Assembly (NCBI GenBank): GCA_051362555.1
Contig: CM120646.1
Location: 3,348,001 to 3,412,000 of the forward strand
Direction: 5' to 3'
Origin: Lingula anatina
Lineage: Eukaryota > Animalia > Brachiopoda
DNA length: 64,000 nt
Below, piece after piece: positions 13,079 through 27,001 of the stretch. Position 1 is the stretch's first letter. Each line of letters opens with the position of its first letter. The position numbers and the translations under genes are program-made. Below the pieces are notes generated by a model, which searched no databases, was not told the DNA's origin, and was given only the letters and a program-made list of their open reading frames with translations.

Positions 13079-13636
13079 TGTAAGATCCCACGGATCTTAA
13101 GTGAGAACAATAAAGTCTTGGTTAAATATTCTGTATGTTTATTTCAGTAACCAGCATCAGATACGCATCAGTACTTGTAGTCCAATGGTTCTGACTAAAA
13201 CGAAAACAAACCAAAAAAGAACATAAATATGTCTTCTTAAATAAAACAGAGTGTTACAAACAATTTTAAACTGCATTAAGAATGTTAAACTAACTTATAC
13301 AACAGAGCAATCATAAAACTCACATTGCTGGCTTTCGTGGATGTCAATTATTCCTTTTTATCCTGAAAAGCTGAATTTCCTCTAACAAAATCACTGAACA
13401 TCTACATGTAACTTGACGATATTATACTATGTGGTGTCTGAAGTGTCATAAAAGCACAAAGGAGTGTCGCAAAAATGTCTATTCCTACAGAATGAAAACT
13501 GCAAAACAGCCACGCTGCTGAAGTGTCAATCAATTCTTCTCGCAATCCTATCTCCTCACATAAAAGATCACGCAAATGGGCCGCTTAAGTCTACATTAAT
13601 CAAAATAAACAAGAAATCGGTTATCCGATTCTTACA
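13079..13636 (-). repeat. 5' LTR of BEL/Pao element
   Basis: Direct repeat of 6478-7035. Confidence 0.96.
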
Positions 13637-14732
13637 GTACTTCAATCAAATTTGGAAAAGGTAGAGATCGTTAATTGCATTGTTATGTTGCCTGCTTACA
13701 AGATGAGCAACAGCAGTTATTTTTACGTCTTCAAAGCCTTTTACGTCAAACGAAATGAATATCTGTCCACAAAGCTCACTAAACAGACTTCCTTACTGAA
13801 GAAACTTTAGCATATTTTTCACATAAATTTCTCTTCCTTAAGGGGAAGGCAACTTTTGCTCTATACAGGCATCTCGTGGCAAATTATCTTCTAGAAAATC
13901 ACAGAAACCACTGCAGTGTCAGAGGATTTCGGATCGGCTACATCCTAGCGATACATCATGATCAGTATATAAAAAACACAATTGAAATAAAAAAAAAACA
14001 CGTGCATATTGTGGTGAAGGCACGGTCAGCATCAAAACCGGTCAATGCACTTCCTCATTTCTCATCGCAAACTTTTGTCGCTTGACCATGAAAGGGAGTC
14101 TGCATTACCATTTAAATCAAAGCGCCTTTGAGGGCATTCTCACCTAATCAATAAGCAAATAAACCTGCAAATATGTAAAAATGTATTTCTTAATTATTCC
14201 CTTACAACGAAAACCCGACAGGGTCAGGGGACGCCTGAGGGTTAACAGTGTGGGGAACCACCCGTATCACAATATAATATGTACATTTTGTGCTCTGGTT
14301 AGAAATTGCAACAATAATAACAATTATTATATTTTATGATAAGCATTTAAAAACTACAATGAAGATAAAAACTACGTACATATTATGGTGAAGGCACTGT
14401 CAGCATTAAAACCGGTCAATTCACTTCCTTAATCCTCATCCCAAACTTTTGTCGCTAGACCATGAAAGGGAGTCTGCATTACCATTACTCCCCCCCCCCC
14501 CCCCCAATTCAAAACATAATATACATGTTGGCTCTGGTTAGAAAATTTCAATAATTTTATAATATTATAATATTAATCTATCACAAATTTCTGCCAACAT
14601 TTTTTAAGTAAAAATATGATCACAGTGCAATAGATCTGATCGGCCTCGGGCTATAAAGAATCACTGGAACGTGCACGAGTATTAGCCAATAACTTGTCTT
14701 AGCATCAGCCAGTCTTTGCAATGGTCAGTCTA

Positions 14733-14946
14733 AGGGTGCATTCCCAGAGATTTAGAGGGTATTCCCAGAGATTTGGATCGATCCAGAGATTAAGATTTAG
14801 ATCGACCTAACTCCCTGGGGGTTCACGCTAAATTGCAGTCAGCCCTTACAGTAGGCGGGTCAGACGCTTAATCCGTCTAAGCTGACAGTAATCTAGTGAG
14901 ACTCCTCACAGGGATAGATCGATCTAAAATCTATGGAAATGGGGTC
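14733..14946. mobile_element. PIF/Harbinger-like MITE family; further copies at ~24511-24711 and partial ~24985-25082
   Basis: GGGTGCATTCCCA…TGGGAATGGGGTC-type ends flanked by TAA/TTA, shared GATCGATCTA core; all three lie just 3' of genes B and C. Confidence 0.7.
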
Positions 14947-14972
14947 TTAGCATCAGTCAGTCTTTGCAATGG

Positions 14973-15317
14973 TCAGTCATCTGATTTGTCCGGGAACAGC
15001 TGTGGTGTCGAGTTCTCTGTATACAATAAACTGGTCCAGATGACTGGGGCAACCTCTCTAAGAAAAGAGGACAGTGAACCCATCCAACTTCGCACAGCAT
15101 TCTCGCCGCTTGCATCCTCCACAGCGTCTTGACCCTGTCTCTCTTCGGCCGTCTCTTCTCCAATAGCTTCGCAATCCTTGTTAAGGCCCTCAAATACCTT
15201 TGATTGTGTTTTAGGCATAGATGAGCCGGGGCTGTTCAAGGCTGCATGGGGCGAGGAGAAAACGTGGTCATCAGGAGCGTCCACAAAGCCGGATTCACTT
15301 GGTTGTGTCTCCATTCC
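14973..15317 (-). CDS. Gene B last exon (acidic linker + conserved C-terminal tail)
   Basis: ORF 14973..15314 preceded by acceptor AAAACAAG|GGA; tail WMGSLSSFLREVAPVIWTSLLYTENSTPQLF. Confidence 0.8.
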   Translation of the reverse strand, partial: GMETQPSESGFVDAPDDHVFSSPHAALNSPGSSMPKTQSKVFEGLNKDCEAIGEETAEERQGQDAVEDASGENAVRSWMGSLSSFLREVAPVIWTSLLYTENSTPQLFPDKSDD

Positions 15318-15760
15318 CTTGTTTTAAAAGGAATAAAAAATATTCAATATATTTTGTTATATTACAAATAGTATATTTTAAGAATGTTAATGTTGAAATG
15401 ACGACATCTCTTATTCAAGTGTATTTGGATGCTACACATATTTGGGGCTCCTAGCAGGATATGAGCAAAACAAATACGAAAAACAAATTAATGTGAGAAC
15501 ATGCAATTTAACCAAAACGTTTAAAAATCCCAGCCATCAAATTTGTCGTGAAATTTTCGATTGCGATATATATATTGTCACTGCAGATATTCGGAGTAGA
15601 ATATCTCGTAATTAAACCGGAATGAACTATTGTTCATAAAGCTACAATTATATACCTCTTGTTGGCATTCCACGCGGTCATACTGTTTCTGGTGACCCCT
15701 GAAAAATATAGAAAATGAAAATAATTGAAACCTGACGACGATTTTATCAATTTCTTCCCA

Positions 15761-15796
<36 letters not shown>

Positions 15797-16549
15797 AATA
15801 AATATTAATTTTTGAGTAAAATGAAAGGTCACTTCACTATGCAAACCATTTTCAGAGATAAAGCCAACTTAAATTTAAAAATTGTCGAAACGAAACAGGA
15901 GGACGAGGGGCTCTCTGTAGCCCTCTGCATCTGCCTCTCGGTATGCTTCTGATTATCAGATTATTCTATATATAATCATGATCCAATTTACACCTGATTC
16001 AGCTCTATATCAAAGTAATTGCCCTGTCCATCGAAGAGGAGTACAGCGCGTAATGGTAAAGACTTACGTGACATCATCTCGTAAATAAATGACTTCACAT
16101 CGCGGAGCTGACCCTGCCTGTGGTTGACTTATTTTTCCATTGCCTACATCGCCTGGTCCTTCGTTATTCCTGTCATCTGTAAATACGTAAACAATAAAAT
16201 TGCTCATAGAGCAAAGGCCTTGCAAATGTGAAATTTTTTTGAAAGGCACTTAAAAGTATTGTTAGTATAGACTTATTTTGGTGACAATTATGGCTATTTA
16301 GAAATTTAGTCAATACTTCAACCAAGGAGTTACAACTGTTGTAACTCCTTGCTTCAACTTAAGCTAAGACTTGTTTATAAAAAGAATAGAGGCTGTCTTT
16401 TTGGATTGATATGTCATTAATATTGGGCATGGAAATATCACCTGTCTATATTTATACGAAATGGTGGCGGCGATCAGCTGTTATTGCTTAGAAAATGTCA
16501 GTGACTTTTTGTCCAATCAAGTACATGCTATTTTTTTCTTTTTTTCTTT

Positions 16550-16594
<45 letters not shown>

Positions 16595-18820
16595 GGAGGG
16601 GGGGGGGTTGTCAAGGGTGTAGAGGTATTTGGTAAGCTGAAGGTTGGACATATCATTCGACAGCTTAACTGCTTTGTGCAAGCTAAAGGAGACAAAACAT
16701 TTAGTGAGGCGGGCAGTCTCCCACCATACTGAGTTTCAATGTATTCAACAATCTAGACCTTCCTTTTTCAAGTTACATTTTTCACACTTGAAGCTTCTGA
16801 AGTCTAAAAAATATAATTTTTTGCCAATATTTCAACAACAGCCTACTATCGTCTTCAAAGGGAAGAAGTTACTAAAAGTACGTTAAGCTGAGAGTGTGCA
16901 GTCTAACTTATGCAGGTGTTATGAATCCCCCTAGCATTAGTATTCAGAAAAAAATCCATATAACAGTAAATATATAAAGAAACGTGCCAACAACTACCCC
17001 TCTCATTCAGTAACCATCCCGCAACCATATCTTTCCTTGCTCCGCCTTCTAAAACCACACAGAAACCAATTTCACACTCGAACCAAGCATGCACGCGAAC
17101 TTTCACAAAATGTAAACATTCCGGCTGGTCTAGTTTTCTAGCCTCACTGTAACACTTAGGTCCCCTAATAACTTCAAATTGAACGTCCCACTGGCCAAAA
17201 CGAAGCAATCGGATGATATATCCGCCGTACATTTACCCCCGGGTATTTTTCATTCTTTTTTCCCGATCGTGTGACTTTTGTTGCACATTCAGATTGATAG
17301 TGCTACTTATGCACGCCATGTCGGACGTTTGATACTGACTTATAAATGGTCATGTAAGCGTTATTTTAGAGCACTTTCCGATCAAGTTAATGTGTCTTAA
17401 TCGTGAGAAGGCAGGAATGAGTTTCAATTTTCATTTTACTGTTTTATTTGTAAATTCATATACATCTTCACACACATAGCCCTACTAGTAAGCGTATTTT
17501 CCCCAACGTTTGGTACACTTATAAGTAATACCTCAGCATATAATCTGCCAACTACATACGCCACGATATTTAAGATTAGTTTTTGTACCTTTACAATGTC
17601 AGTTATTTTTCTTTCTCATTTTCAGTCTTTTCCACCACCGAAGGATGCAGAGTAACTGCAGGGTGTCACAGATCCACGAAAAAGACTGAACCCCCCATAC
17701 CAGGCCTACCCAACTACCAGACTCGGCACCTAAGGATCCTGAATTAACCGGTATATCGGACCACACTACCCGTTTTCAAGGTGTGTGTCAGATCGCATTT
17801 CGGAGTATCATACCCCAGAACAAATTTTGTAGGACGACCGCGGGCTCATCCTAGTTCCGCTGTCACCTTGATTGGATAGTAAACGATTGTCGTAAAATCG
17901 CTATATGATTTTGGTGGTTTTCAAATTTATGCACCCGGTTTTAAAATCATATAGCGATTTTACGACAATCGTTTACTATCCAAACAGCCGAGCGTGGGCT
18001 CATCCTGTCGGTGTTCTGACTGATACTCCGAAATGCGATCTGACACACACCTTGAAAACGGGTAGTGTGGTCCGATATACCGGTTAATTCAGGATCCTTA
18101 TGTGCCGAGTCTGGTAGTTGGGTAGGCCTGAACATGCAGATTTTCTTTTACTGTCTGTAATTCCCGCTATTACTCTTCCCTCTGTCCCCACTAAATATGG
18201 TAGCAAGATTAAAGGAAGTGTGATCAGCTACCAGCAAAAACAACATTCTGACTATATTTTGAATTTATATGATACTGAAGATTTTCCTTCCTTGTCCTGC
18301 AATGATCACATGGTAATTGTATATGCAGCAGTGATGGACAAAGAAAAATCAGCCAAGTTGGGAACACTAGCAGTGTCTAAGGAGGAAGCTTCTGTCATTG
18401 AAGAGGAAACACGGTTACAGTCAACTGACCCTAAATGGCACAGTGTGCGACGTGAACGTAGGCTATTACTGCATCCAAGGCTGGAGAAGTAATTACTAGA
18501 AGAAAAGACTTTGAAAAATTTGCAGAGAGGTGGAAGTGACTTAACCAGCGTGCAAATTATGTTGTTTTAACGTTGAAACAACGTTGAACCATAACGTTGA
18601 GAAGACATTGGATAAACGTTGGATTTGAAAGTTGTGTCAACCTCAGATAAGAACGTTGTATCAACGTCAGAAAACAATGTTACATCAACCCCACCCAGCG
18701 GGATATTTGCCTGGATGTGTTTAGCAGCTGGACATGTTTGATGGCTAAATATATGTAGGGTATAAATGTATGGCCTTTAAGTTAAAATTTCCAAGGTTTA
18801 GATTAATATATGTTTCTTTT

Positions 18821-18862
<42 letters not shown>

Positions 18863-21442
18863 AAGATAACTAGAAGATAACTACAACCTTCAATATACAT
18901 ATATATAACAAAGTCACAGTCACCTCAGCCTGTCTATCTATAATAGCAGGTTACCAAGAACTGTTAACTTCATCACATTTACAGCAACTTATTCATCCTA
19001 GTGTTAGCTGACCTTGCAAGGAATTCAGTTTATTGGAATGTATTTCTGAATAACAAGTTAGGAAAATTCACTAGTTAACTAAAGACACAAAACAACTATC
19101 ACTTTTACTTTAAAACCGTTTTGTTATTATTTTGATAAATTTAGTTACAGTATTGATAAACAAAGTATCACGTTTTCAATAATTAATATTTTAAATTACA
19201 ATCTATGTCTGCAAGGCTGTGTCAATGACCAAAATACAACATTTAGTCAACGTCACATTATGAGGGTGTTTTGACGTGGCTGGATCAACGTTGATTTTAC
19301 GTTTAATTTAGGTAGATCAACGGCAATTCAACGTATCAACCTGTTTTCAACGTTGATCTAACGCAACTATATGCCTACTGGGTTTCGCCTTTGGCCATGC
19401 CATTACAATAAATAGTGTGTGGGATCAGATTTGGTCCTACTGCAGCTGAGGTCGATTGTTGGACAGCACAGGCGACCTGTTGCGGTTTAACTAATAAATG
19501 TTTTTCTGGTGCTTATGTGACCCATTTCATGCCTTGTGATGCCCCTGGAGGTGTACTTAACTGAGGGACCGTTCACATGAAATATGTTTTCTAAAAATAT
19601 AAAAATCTATTAGCGGTATCTTGTGATCACGGTCTGGTGTCAGAATCTCCTCCGAACACAGCCGAGAATTAATTACAGCTTTGGAAGAAACTCGCTCGCG
19701 CCGCGGGGTATTCAGGGCACAGACCGTGATCACAAGATACCGCCAATAGATTTTTAGATTTTCAGAAAATAGATTTTTCATTGCAGACGTTGCAGACGTT
19801 GCTGTGTATGACCTGCTGTTAACAGTGGTTTCCCTACTGGTCTTTGTGCAAAATAACCGGCTTGCAGTAATCTCTTGTTCATGAGGCACCTTGAAACGGG
19901 CGTTTGAATGACATTCTGCCACTCTTTTCTGAGGACACGGGTTGTCTTTGTACGACCAGCACGGCGCACTCTACAGAGAAGCCGATTCTGTGTTCTTGGT
20001 GTGATACGCGGACACCCTGGTCGAGGTATTGGAGTAGGTGTCCCTGTTGTAGCATTTCTTTTGAGGACTTTACTAACGGTTCCCGATATATGTTGCATTG
20101 CCTGGCAATGGCTGTCCGTTTCTGGTCATTTTCTCTGAGAGCAAGAATCCCATAGTAATCCGCGTTGCTTAGCTGTCGAACCATATCTTCTCTAAGGCAC
20201 CTGTCAAGTTACAGAGCGACCCCTTTGTTGCTTCTCTTAATGCACTCCAAATATTGGCCAAACCCATGCATTTTTATACAAGGGCAGAAATTGCCGAAAA
20301 GACCACCCAGCACATTACTGACCACAGAACATGCAACTGCATGCATCAATTGTTTGGAGAGTTGTGTAGTAATAAGGTAACACACCTGGCTACACATGGA
20401 GTGACACCTTAGTTTTGGATTTAAAGTAGTTAGAGAGAAAATACATTTTTTGTAGAAAATTTACTCGCCAAAAAATAATATTCCATATTTCAATATGGAA
20501 TTAATACTTTAAGGTAGTAACCCTGTATGCTTAAATAGATCACTTAGACGTTGCAAGGTATTCTGATACAGTATCTGCAAAATACCCGAAAAATAATAGG
20601 CTACTATGTGTCAACGTACTATAGCACAACACGACTCAGCCTATGACTTATTTGAACCCCCCTATATTGACAATAAGCCCTCGCTCGGATGAAGTCTATA
20701 CAACAGGGTCTACAAACATTTTCGCAATCATGATCAATAGCATTGATCTGAGTAACATATCTATTCTGTATTTAAACTATAAATTCATTCTATATTTACA
20801 TATTGTCCAATGATCTATTTATTCATTCATCCAGTTGTCTTTCTTTATATTTTCTATCCATCAATTTATAAAATTTATATTACATAGAGAGAGACAGAAG
20901 AGTCGAATTTTTTATTTCTGTTACAAACCTTGTACCGGCTGTGAACCACCTGCAGTCAGCGCTCTCCCCAGCTTATACAGTGCTTCTGTGTCGTGTTCTG
21001 GTAGGACTGCGTCAGCTTTAAAGTAAAGGCATCTTATAACTCTATATTTCTTCATCTTGTCGTTAATATCTTGAACGGTAACGCCGAGGGCACATACGGG
21101 TATAAACCGGTCACTTCCCAACCGATCTAATAAGGCACTATCAGCAATATATTTGCTCCAGCAGTCTTGCATGAAAGCCGGGCATATAACTGGCACAATA
21201 AACTTCGACTTTTCTAAAACATCAAAAAGTGCGTCAAAAACTCTTTGTCCAGGGTTCACGTCTGTGCAGTCAAGGAACACTTTCAGCTTACATTTTGTTT
21301 CCAAATATTTTGCGAGGTCACGCGCAAAGTTATGATTTTTTCTTATAGCTTCCTCGTCTACTTTTCCTGTCGCCAGTGTACGATCAAAGCCCAACAAGTA
21401 AACGTCATACATGTAAGGCTCTACACTCAAACTGGCCGCCAT
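14973..21442 (-). CDS. Gene B: TIR-domain protein, 336 aa predicted; exons 20929-21442, 16068-16176, 15656-15698, 14973-15317
   Basis: 514+109+43+345=1011 nt, open frame with GT/AG sites. Exons 3 and 4 carry in-frame deletions relative to paralogs. Intron 1 (~4.7 kb) is full of nested TEs. Confidence 0.82.
17701..18130. mobile_element. Palindromic MITE with ~110-bp near-perfect TIRs (hosts the hAT MITE)
   Basis: 17701-17810 is the reverse complement of 18021-18130 (CAGGCCTACCCAAC…); TSD not evident. Confidence 0.8.
17851..17996. mobile_element. Second copy of the hAT-type MITE
   Basis: Same TIRs as 27878-28180; 8-bp TSD GGCTCATC. Confidence 0.85.
18131..18535 (+). pseudogene. Remnant of a YqaJ-like (lambda exonuclease family) transposon gene
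   Basis: IEEETRLQSTDPKWHSVRRER[ggcta]ITASKAGEV matches the E..TR.Q…W…R..RITAS motif once a 5-bp insertion is removed. Confidence 0.7.
18544..19382. mobile_element. MITE-like element with CAACGTTG sub-terminal repeats
   Basis: Imperfect CCAG…CTGGG ends, clustered AACGTTG motifs in inverted orientation at both ends. Confidence 0.55.
19778..20525 (-). mobile_element. Truncated copy of the same Tc1 family in gene B intron 1
   Basis: Reverse complement of ~41219-41905, one TIR ending at 20525 next to TA, HTH-region ORF fragments (MVRQLSNADYYG…). Confidence 0.9.
20929..21442 (-). CDS. Gene B exon 1, TIR domain (subtype 2)
   Basis: ORF 20921..21442: YDVYLL, VFLDCTDVNPG, SKFIVPVICPAF, RFIPV. Confidence 0.88.
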
Positions 21443-22002
21443 ATCTCAGATACTGGTTTGGGAGTTCAATCCTCTTGTGTAGGGTGTCCTGCCAACGAGG
21501 TTTTCGACTCCTATTGTCAAGCGAAGAACAAGGAAGTGCCGTCGCGTCCGAATACAGTTTTGGGTTGTACTAGTGGGCAACACTACAGGGGATATCGTCC
21601 CTACATCTTGTTGCGTTTCCAACGCCGCCGTTCTGTAATATATAAATATATATATATATACACGAGCAATATGCTTTAATGATATTATAATCAATTGATC
21701 GCATCAGCCATCTTTGAAAAAAGCCCCAGTGTAAAACGAGTACTTGTCTAAAACGAGTCTATTGCGACATCCACAAATTTCAGTCCATTCAATATTAAAT
21801 ATGAAAAATAAGTAAGAAAACTCTCCTTTATCTCAGATACAGATACCAATAGTCTAAAACAATTGCGGCACTTGCGTTGGGGTGATTAAATTTAGCCCTC
21901 TCAATTTCCGCTAGAACTCTTAACACAGTCTGCTTGCAGTTCAGATTCATGGTGAACTTAGTAAATGGAGGTCTATTTAACATCTGTCTGTTTCGCCTTT
22001 TT

Positions 22003-22044
<42 letters not shown>

Positions 22045-22283
22045 ACACACACTGCATATCAAACATATGTTTACCCGACATTTACATCCAAAAACGTGTT
22101 AGTGCGTTTTTTCTTTGGCCCCCTTATTGAGTCTTTCATGACACGCACTATTTGGCCAAATACACAATCAATGCATTAATCTGGTTTGTATATTGACTCT
22201 TTTCATCTTTTCATCGTTGGAAATTGCATTGTGGGAAAGCGAGTCCTTGCTATGTCGAAACACTTACAGCGGTGCTGAAAACC

Positions 22284-22482
22284 ATGCCTGGGTTTACGTA
22301 CTTTGTGTCCCGCTGCTACAATAACAGTAAGCGAGATCGACACGTGAGTTTTAGTAAGTTCCCAGCAAATCCGTTAGAATGAAAAATATGGCAGAAAGAA
22401 AGGAAAATATAGCAGATTTGTATCAAAAGCAGGGCACCGCGTTTGCGCCGAACATTTCGAAGGCGGGAAGAAAACCTATAAT
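22284..22482 (+). pseudogene. Degenerate THAP-domain coding remnant (DNA transposon derived)
   Basis: MPGFTYFVSRCYNNSKRDRHVSFSKFP…W…HRVCAEHFEGGKKTY with an internal stop/frameshift. Confidence 0.7.
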
Positions 22483-25160
22483 ATTAGGAGATCAACGGCG
22501 CTTAAATAAAAAAAAGAGGAATGCTTAGTTAATCAACGGATCTAACGAAGTATCGGCAAATAGAACTCAGGGGAAAACAATGCGCAAAAAAAACATTATA
22601 AAGATCTGAAGAAAAAATTGAAGAATAGGGACCTAAAAAGAAAGAAAAGACTTTAAACATGAAGTTATGGAAAAAGAAACTAAAGGCTGTTTTAACTTAA
22701 AAGTTTTACACGGGGTTTTCTAAGAATTCAAGAACTTTCACGACTTCTAATATAACAACAAAGAGAGGGTTTGAAAAGTTTTATATGTAATACCCTTTTT
22801 TATGTGTTTTATTGATAACTGATAATTTTAAATGTAGTATCACAGATTTTAGTCTCTCGTAACCCTTTGTAGGGTGGGTTTTATTATTTTTTGAACGTGA
22901 GACGTTGTGACGGCCCGATATGCCCGACAGGCCAGATATGTCCTACGACTAGAGAACAGGCCAGATATATGTCTGACAAAAAAGAGCCAGATATGTCCGA
23001 CAGGCCAGATTTGTCTGACAAAAAAGAGCCAGTTCAAATCCTGCCCCTGTCTGTTGTATATCGCTTTCAGCTGACAAAAAAAAGGTATATTCTTTGCAGA
23101 ATTATTTGCCAAATATATTTTTCTTAAAATTTGCGTTGTTGCAATTGCTTTTGCACGTTTGAACGTTTTGAAATGATTCCCTCTTCTTATAGGGGCTTGC
23201 TTAAACCAAAACCGTTCCCATTGTGCTCTTTAACGTCATACGTGAAACCAAGCTAAATCTCAGCACAAAACGAAGTCACAGAAGAAAAAACTATCTAGGA
23301 ACGCTTCGTGTCGGCTTCTCAAACAAGGCCTCGTGTACATCGTGAACTTCAACAATGATGATAAGACCATGTTCGGGACTATCGTTGCGCGAGATGAAAT
23401 ACATCTGTATGGCACCCGGGCTATCGATTATAATTGCAGATGTAAACATGTACGATTATAATTGCAGATGTAAACATGTACCACCAAACGTACCCTTTGC
23501 GTGACAAGGTACGGTATCAGGACAATCTCGCCACCCCCCACCCCGGACTATTCCCCCCGGACAATCCCCCAGGACAACTCATTTTAATTCTTTCTTTTGT
23601 CATCTTTTCTGTCATTTAAGTCAAACTTGCATTTTGTAAATGCTATCCATTAGTTTCTATAGCATGTTCATCTGTAAATAAACGAAAAAATTCACTTTAT
23701 GATCAAGTTCGAGCATTTTGAAATAGTTGCCATAAATTAAGTGAAATGAAAACCAAGATGCAGGTAAGTCTAATGTTCTAATATGCTACCGATCAGTAAA
23801 TGAAATGTCAAATGATTTTTATTTTACTTCTTTATAAATAAGGATTAATAGTAAAACATTTATAAAGGAAAATAAGTTGCAGTTACAAAGCTTTTGTTGT
23901 TACAACGGGTCTCATTAAATGACCAGTCAAAGGAGAACTATGAAAAATGAACAGTATCTTTAATATGTCTATTTTGCATCCACCGGCGTGTTTAGACAAG
24001 CAGCTCTTTAAAATCCCAAAGACAGTAATGTAAATTGACAATTTATAAACGAAAAAGAGTGGACAACTGTATAAGGTTCTTGCTCTACAAACCTCAGGGA
24101 AATAGTGAAAAAGGAAGTTTATAGACATCACCGATTGAAGAATCTTTGTAAAAAAAAAAAGAAATTGGAAATTTCAAATTGCACCACACGGGAGTTACTA
24201 ATTTAAATTTAGTAATTATGATAACCTAAAAATGAAGCAATTAAACCCTTGATAGCACTGGATTATTTTATTTACAAATGTCAAATTCTTGTAGAATGTA
24301 CATGGACCTACTTTCAACATTGATCTCATTCACTGAATGCAAAACAGTAATGCCACTCCCATAAAGTGACAAAAAGGCTGCAAATGAATCTCTGCAAAGG
24401 CCATGAAGGTGATTAAATATAACTGTGAAAGTCCATCACTCCGATTCAAAATGTATAACAATATGTCCCTGATATATAAACAAGATTTGTTAAGTTTTTA
24501 TGTACACTAAGAGTGCATTCCCATAGATTTTAGATCGATCTATCCCCGTGGGGAGTCTCACTAGATTACTGTCAGATGTCCGTCCCAACTACTGCAACCT
24601 GTAAGTTGGTAATTAACTTTCGTGCCCGCTCGGCTGACAGCTATTTAGCGTGAACCCCGAGGGAGTTAGGTCGATCTAGTTGGATTGATCTAATCTCTGG
24701 GAATGGGGTCTAAGACATTTGACCTTCAAAATCCATCCCTGCAGCTAGAGGATATAAGTCAATTTAGACTGGTTTACATTTGCCAAGTAATGTGATCCAT
24801 CTTTAGCCCAGAGTTTGCATGTGAGGCTATCCAGTCCCTTATACCAAGTAAAGAAATCGCTGCTCTACTTCCTCGTGGTCACCACATTTTAACCCCACCT
24901 CAAGACGCAAAATCGTAAAATCACGGGGAAATTTGGCCTCCACGACGAGAACTAGGACAGGCCCTATTACCCACTTACAGTTTTTAGTAGGCGGGACAGA
25001 CGCTTAAGCCGGCTAAGCTGACAGTAATCTAGTCAGCCTCTCCACAGGGATATATCGATCTAAAATCTGTGGGAATGGGGTCTTAAATCACTGGAATGTA
25101 CACGAGCGTTAGCAAGTTTTACCATTAGTCAGTCTTAGCATCAGTCAGTCTTTGCATTGG

Positions 25161-25742
25161 TCAGTCATCTGATTTGGCCGGGGTCAGCTGTGGTGTCGAG
25201 TTCTCTGTATACAATAGACAGGTCCAGAGGGCTGGGGCAACATCTCTAAGAAAAGAGGACAGTGAACCCATCCAAACTTGCACAGAATTCTCGCCGCTTG
25301 CATCCTCCACACCATTCTCTTGCTCCTCTCTCTCTTCGGCCGTCTCTTCGCTTATGGCTTCACAACCCCTGTCTTCACGGTTAAGGCCCTCAAAAACTCC
25401 CCACTGTGTTTGAGGCACAGGTGAGACGGGGCTGTACCAGGCCGCAAGGGGCGAGGGCGGACCGCGGTCTTCAGGAGCGTCCGCAAATCCGGATTCACGG
25501 ATGTGACTTGTGTCAACGAGCGCTAGTGGTGGTGGTGGTGGTGGTGGTGGTGGTGTCGTAAGTGGTGGTGGCGCTAGTGGTGGTGGTGGTGGTAGTGGTG
25601 GAGAGTCCTGACTCGGGAGGCCATTGTCACCGAGAGAACTAGGACCCGGTTGAGGTTGTCCTTCTACAGTTTCGTCGCTGAAGTGTGGTCCATGTGGGCC
25701 TTCGTCTCCAGTCCGACATGTTCCATCCTGTGCATCCATCCC
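25161..25742 (-). CDS. Gene C last exon (poly-Pro, acidic linker, conserved tail)
   Basis: ORF 25161..25739, acceptor AAAACAAG|GGG. Confidence 0.75.
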   Translation of the reverse strand, partial: GMDAQDGTCRTGDEGPHGPHFSDETVEGQPQPGPSSLGDNGLPSQDSPPLPPPPPLAPPPLTTPPPPPPPPPLALVDTSHIRESGFADAPEDRGPPSPLAAWYSPVSPVPQTQWGVFEGLNREDRGCEAISEETAEEREEQENGVEDASGENSVQVWMGSLSSFLRDVAPALWTCLLYTENSTPQLTPAKSDD

Positions 25743-26958
25743 CTTGTTTTGAAAGGAATAATGAATTATTCAATATATTTATGAATCACAATAGTATATT
25801 TTAGAATGTAAATGTTGAAATGACGACATCTCTATTCAAGTGCATTTGGGACTCCTATCAGGACAAGACCAAAACAAATACGAAAAACAAATCAATGTGA
25901 GAACATGCAATTTAACCAAAACGTTTAAAAATCCCAGCCCATAGTCGTGCAACTTTCGATTGCGGTATATATATTGTCATTGCAGATATTCGGAGTAGAA
26001 TATCTCGTAATTAAACCTGAATTAACTATTGTTCATAAAGCTACATCTATATACCTCTTGTCGGGATTCCACGCGGCCAGTCTGTCTCTGGAGAACAGAG
26101 AGAGGTTGGTGACCCCTGAAAAAATATAGAAAATGATAATAATTTAAACTTAAAATAAGCTTAAATAACAACGATTTTATCAATTCCTTCCCAGTTATCT
26201 CTCTCCCTCTCTTATTTAATAAATGGGAGTCTATGTACAAGCAATAAGGTGAGCGTAGGGTGACCTCTGACCGGAGAGTGTGTGGCAGAAAGACCCCCTT
26301 GTGTCTCAGACCTATTCAAACCTCTAAGTCAAGAACAAATGTAAATATGGTGCTTGATTACACAATATCCCCTTCTGCTGAGTAACCCTTTTTTAATCCC
26401 AGGTTTTTCGTGATGACAGCTACATGTACTGTATGTGCATCAGGATAAAAAGAAGTTTTGTTTTATAGTATTTTCTTATTAAAGGGATACCAGCTCTTCA
26501 AATGAAATTCAAAATTCCTCAATGAATACATTGTAAGCAACACAGAAACATTATAAATTTCATTTTACAACCAAAACGGTGGCTATCGCAGTTATTCTGA
26601 AATCTGATTGCCATCGGACATCGTGGACCTTCATAGATGGCTACACTTAAAAAAACTTTGAATGTCGGAACAGATTCATTATCCATTAGTAAAGATATCG
26701 ATGGGAACACCGTCGGTCACTTTTCCAGAAAAAATTAAACGTTGCATGGTTTGTAAAAACTATGGACCCATGATCATTTACATTTGTTTAATGGATCACT
26801 TTTACGTTGCAGGGTATTCTTATATAGCTACTAGAAGGCTATATTTATAACAGAAAAATAATATTATATAAAAAAGTCCCGTTGGTTTCTTTGTCAGCGT
26901 ACTGTAACACAACTCGACTCAGTCAGTCCATGACTCATTTGAAATCCCCTGTATTGAC

Positions 26959-27001
<43 letters not shown>

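Larger units (their letters stand above)
6478..13636 (-). mobile_element. Full-length BEL/Pao LTR retrotransposon
   Basis: 558-bp TG...CA LTRs (6478-7035, 13079-13636), 5-bp TSD GTACT (6473-6477, 13637-13641), purine tract AAGGGCCGG before the 3' LTR, Pao-type polyprotein. Confidence 0.97.

Noticed and set aside
21585-21602. NF-kB site upstream of gene B (GGGGATATCGTCCC)
   Set aside because: Does not fit GGGRNNYYCC spacing and is not conserved across paralogs.
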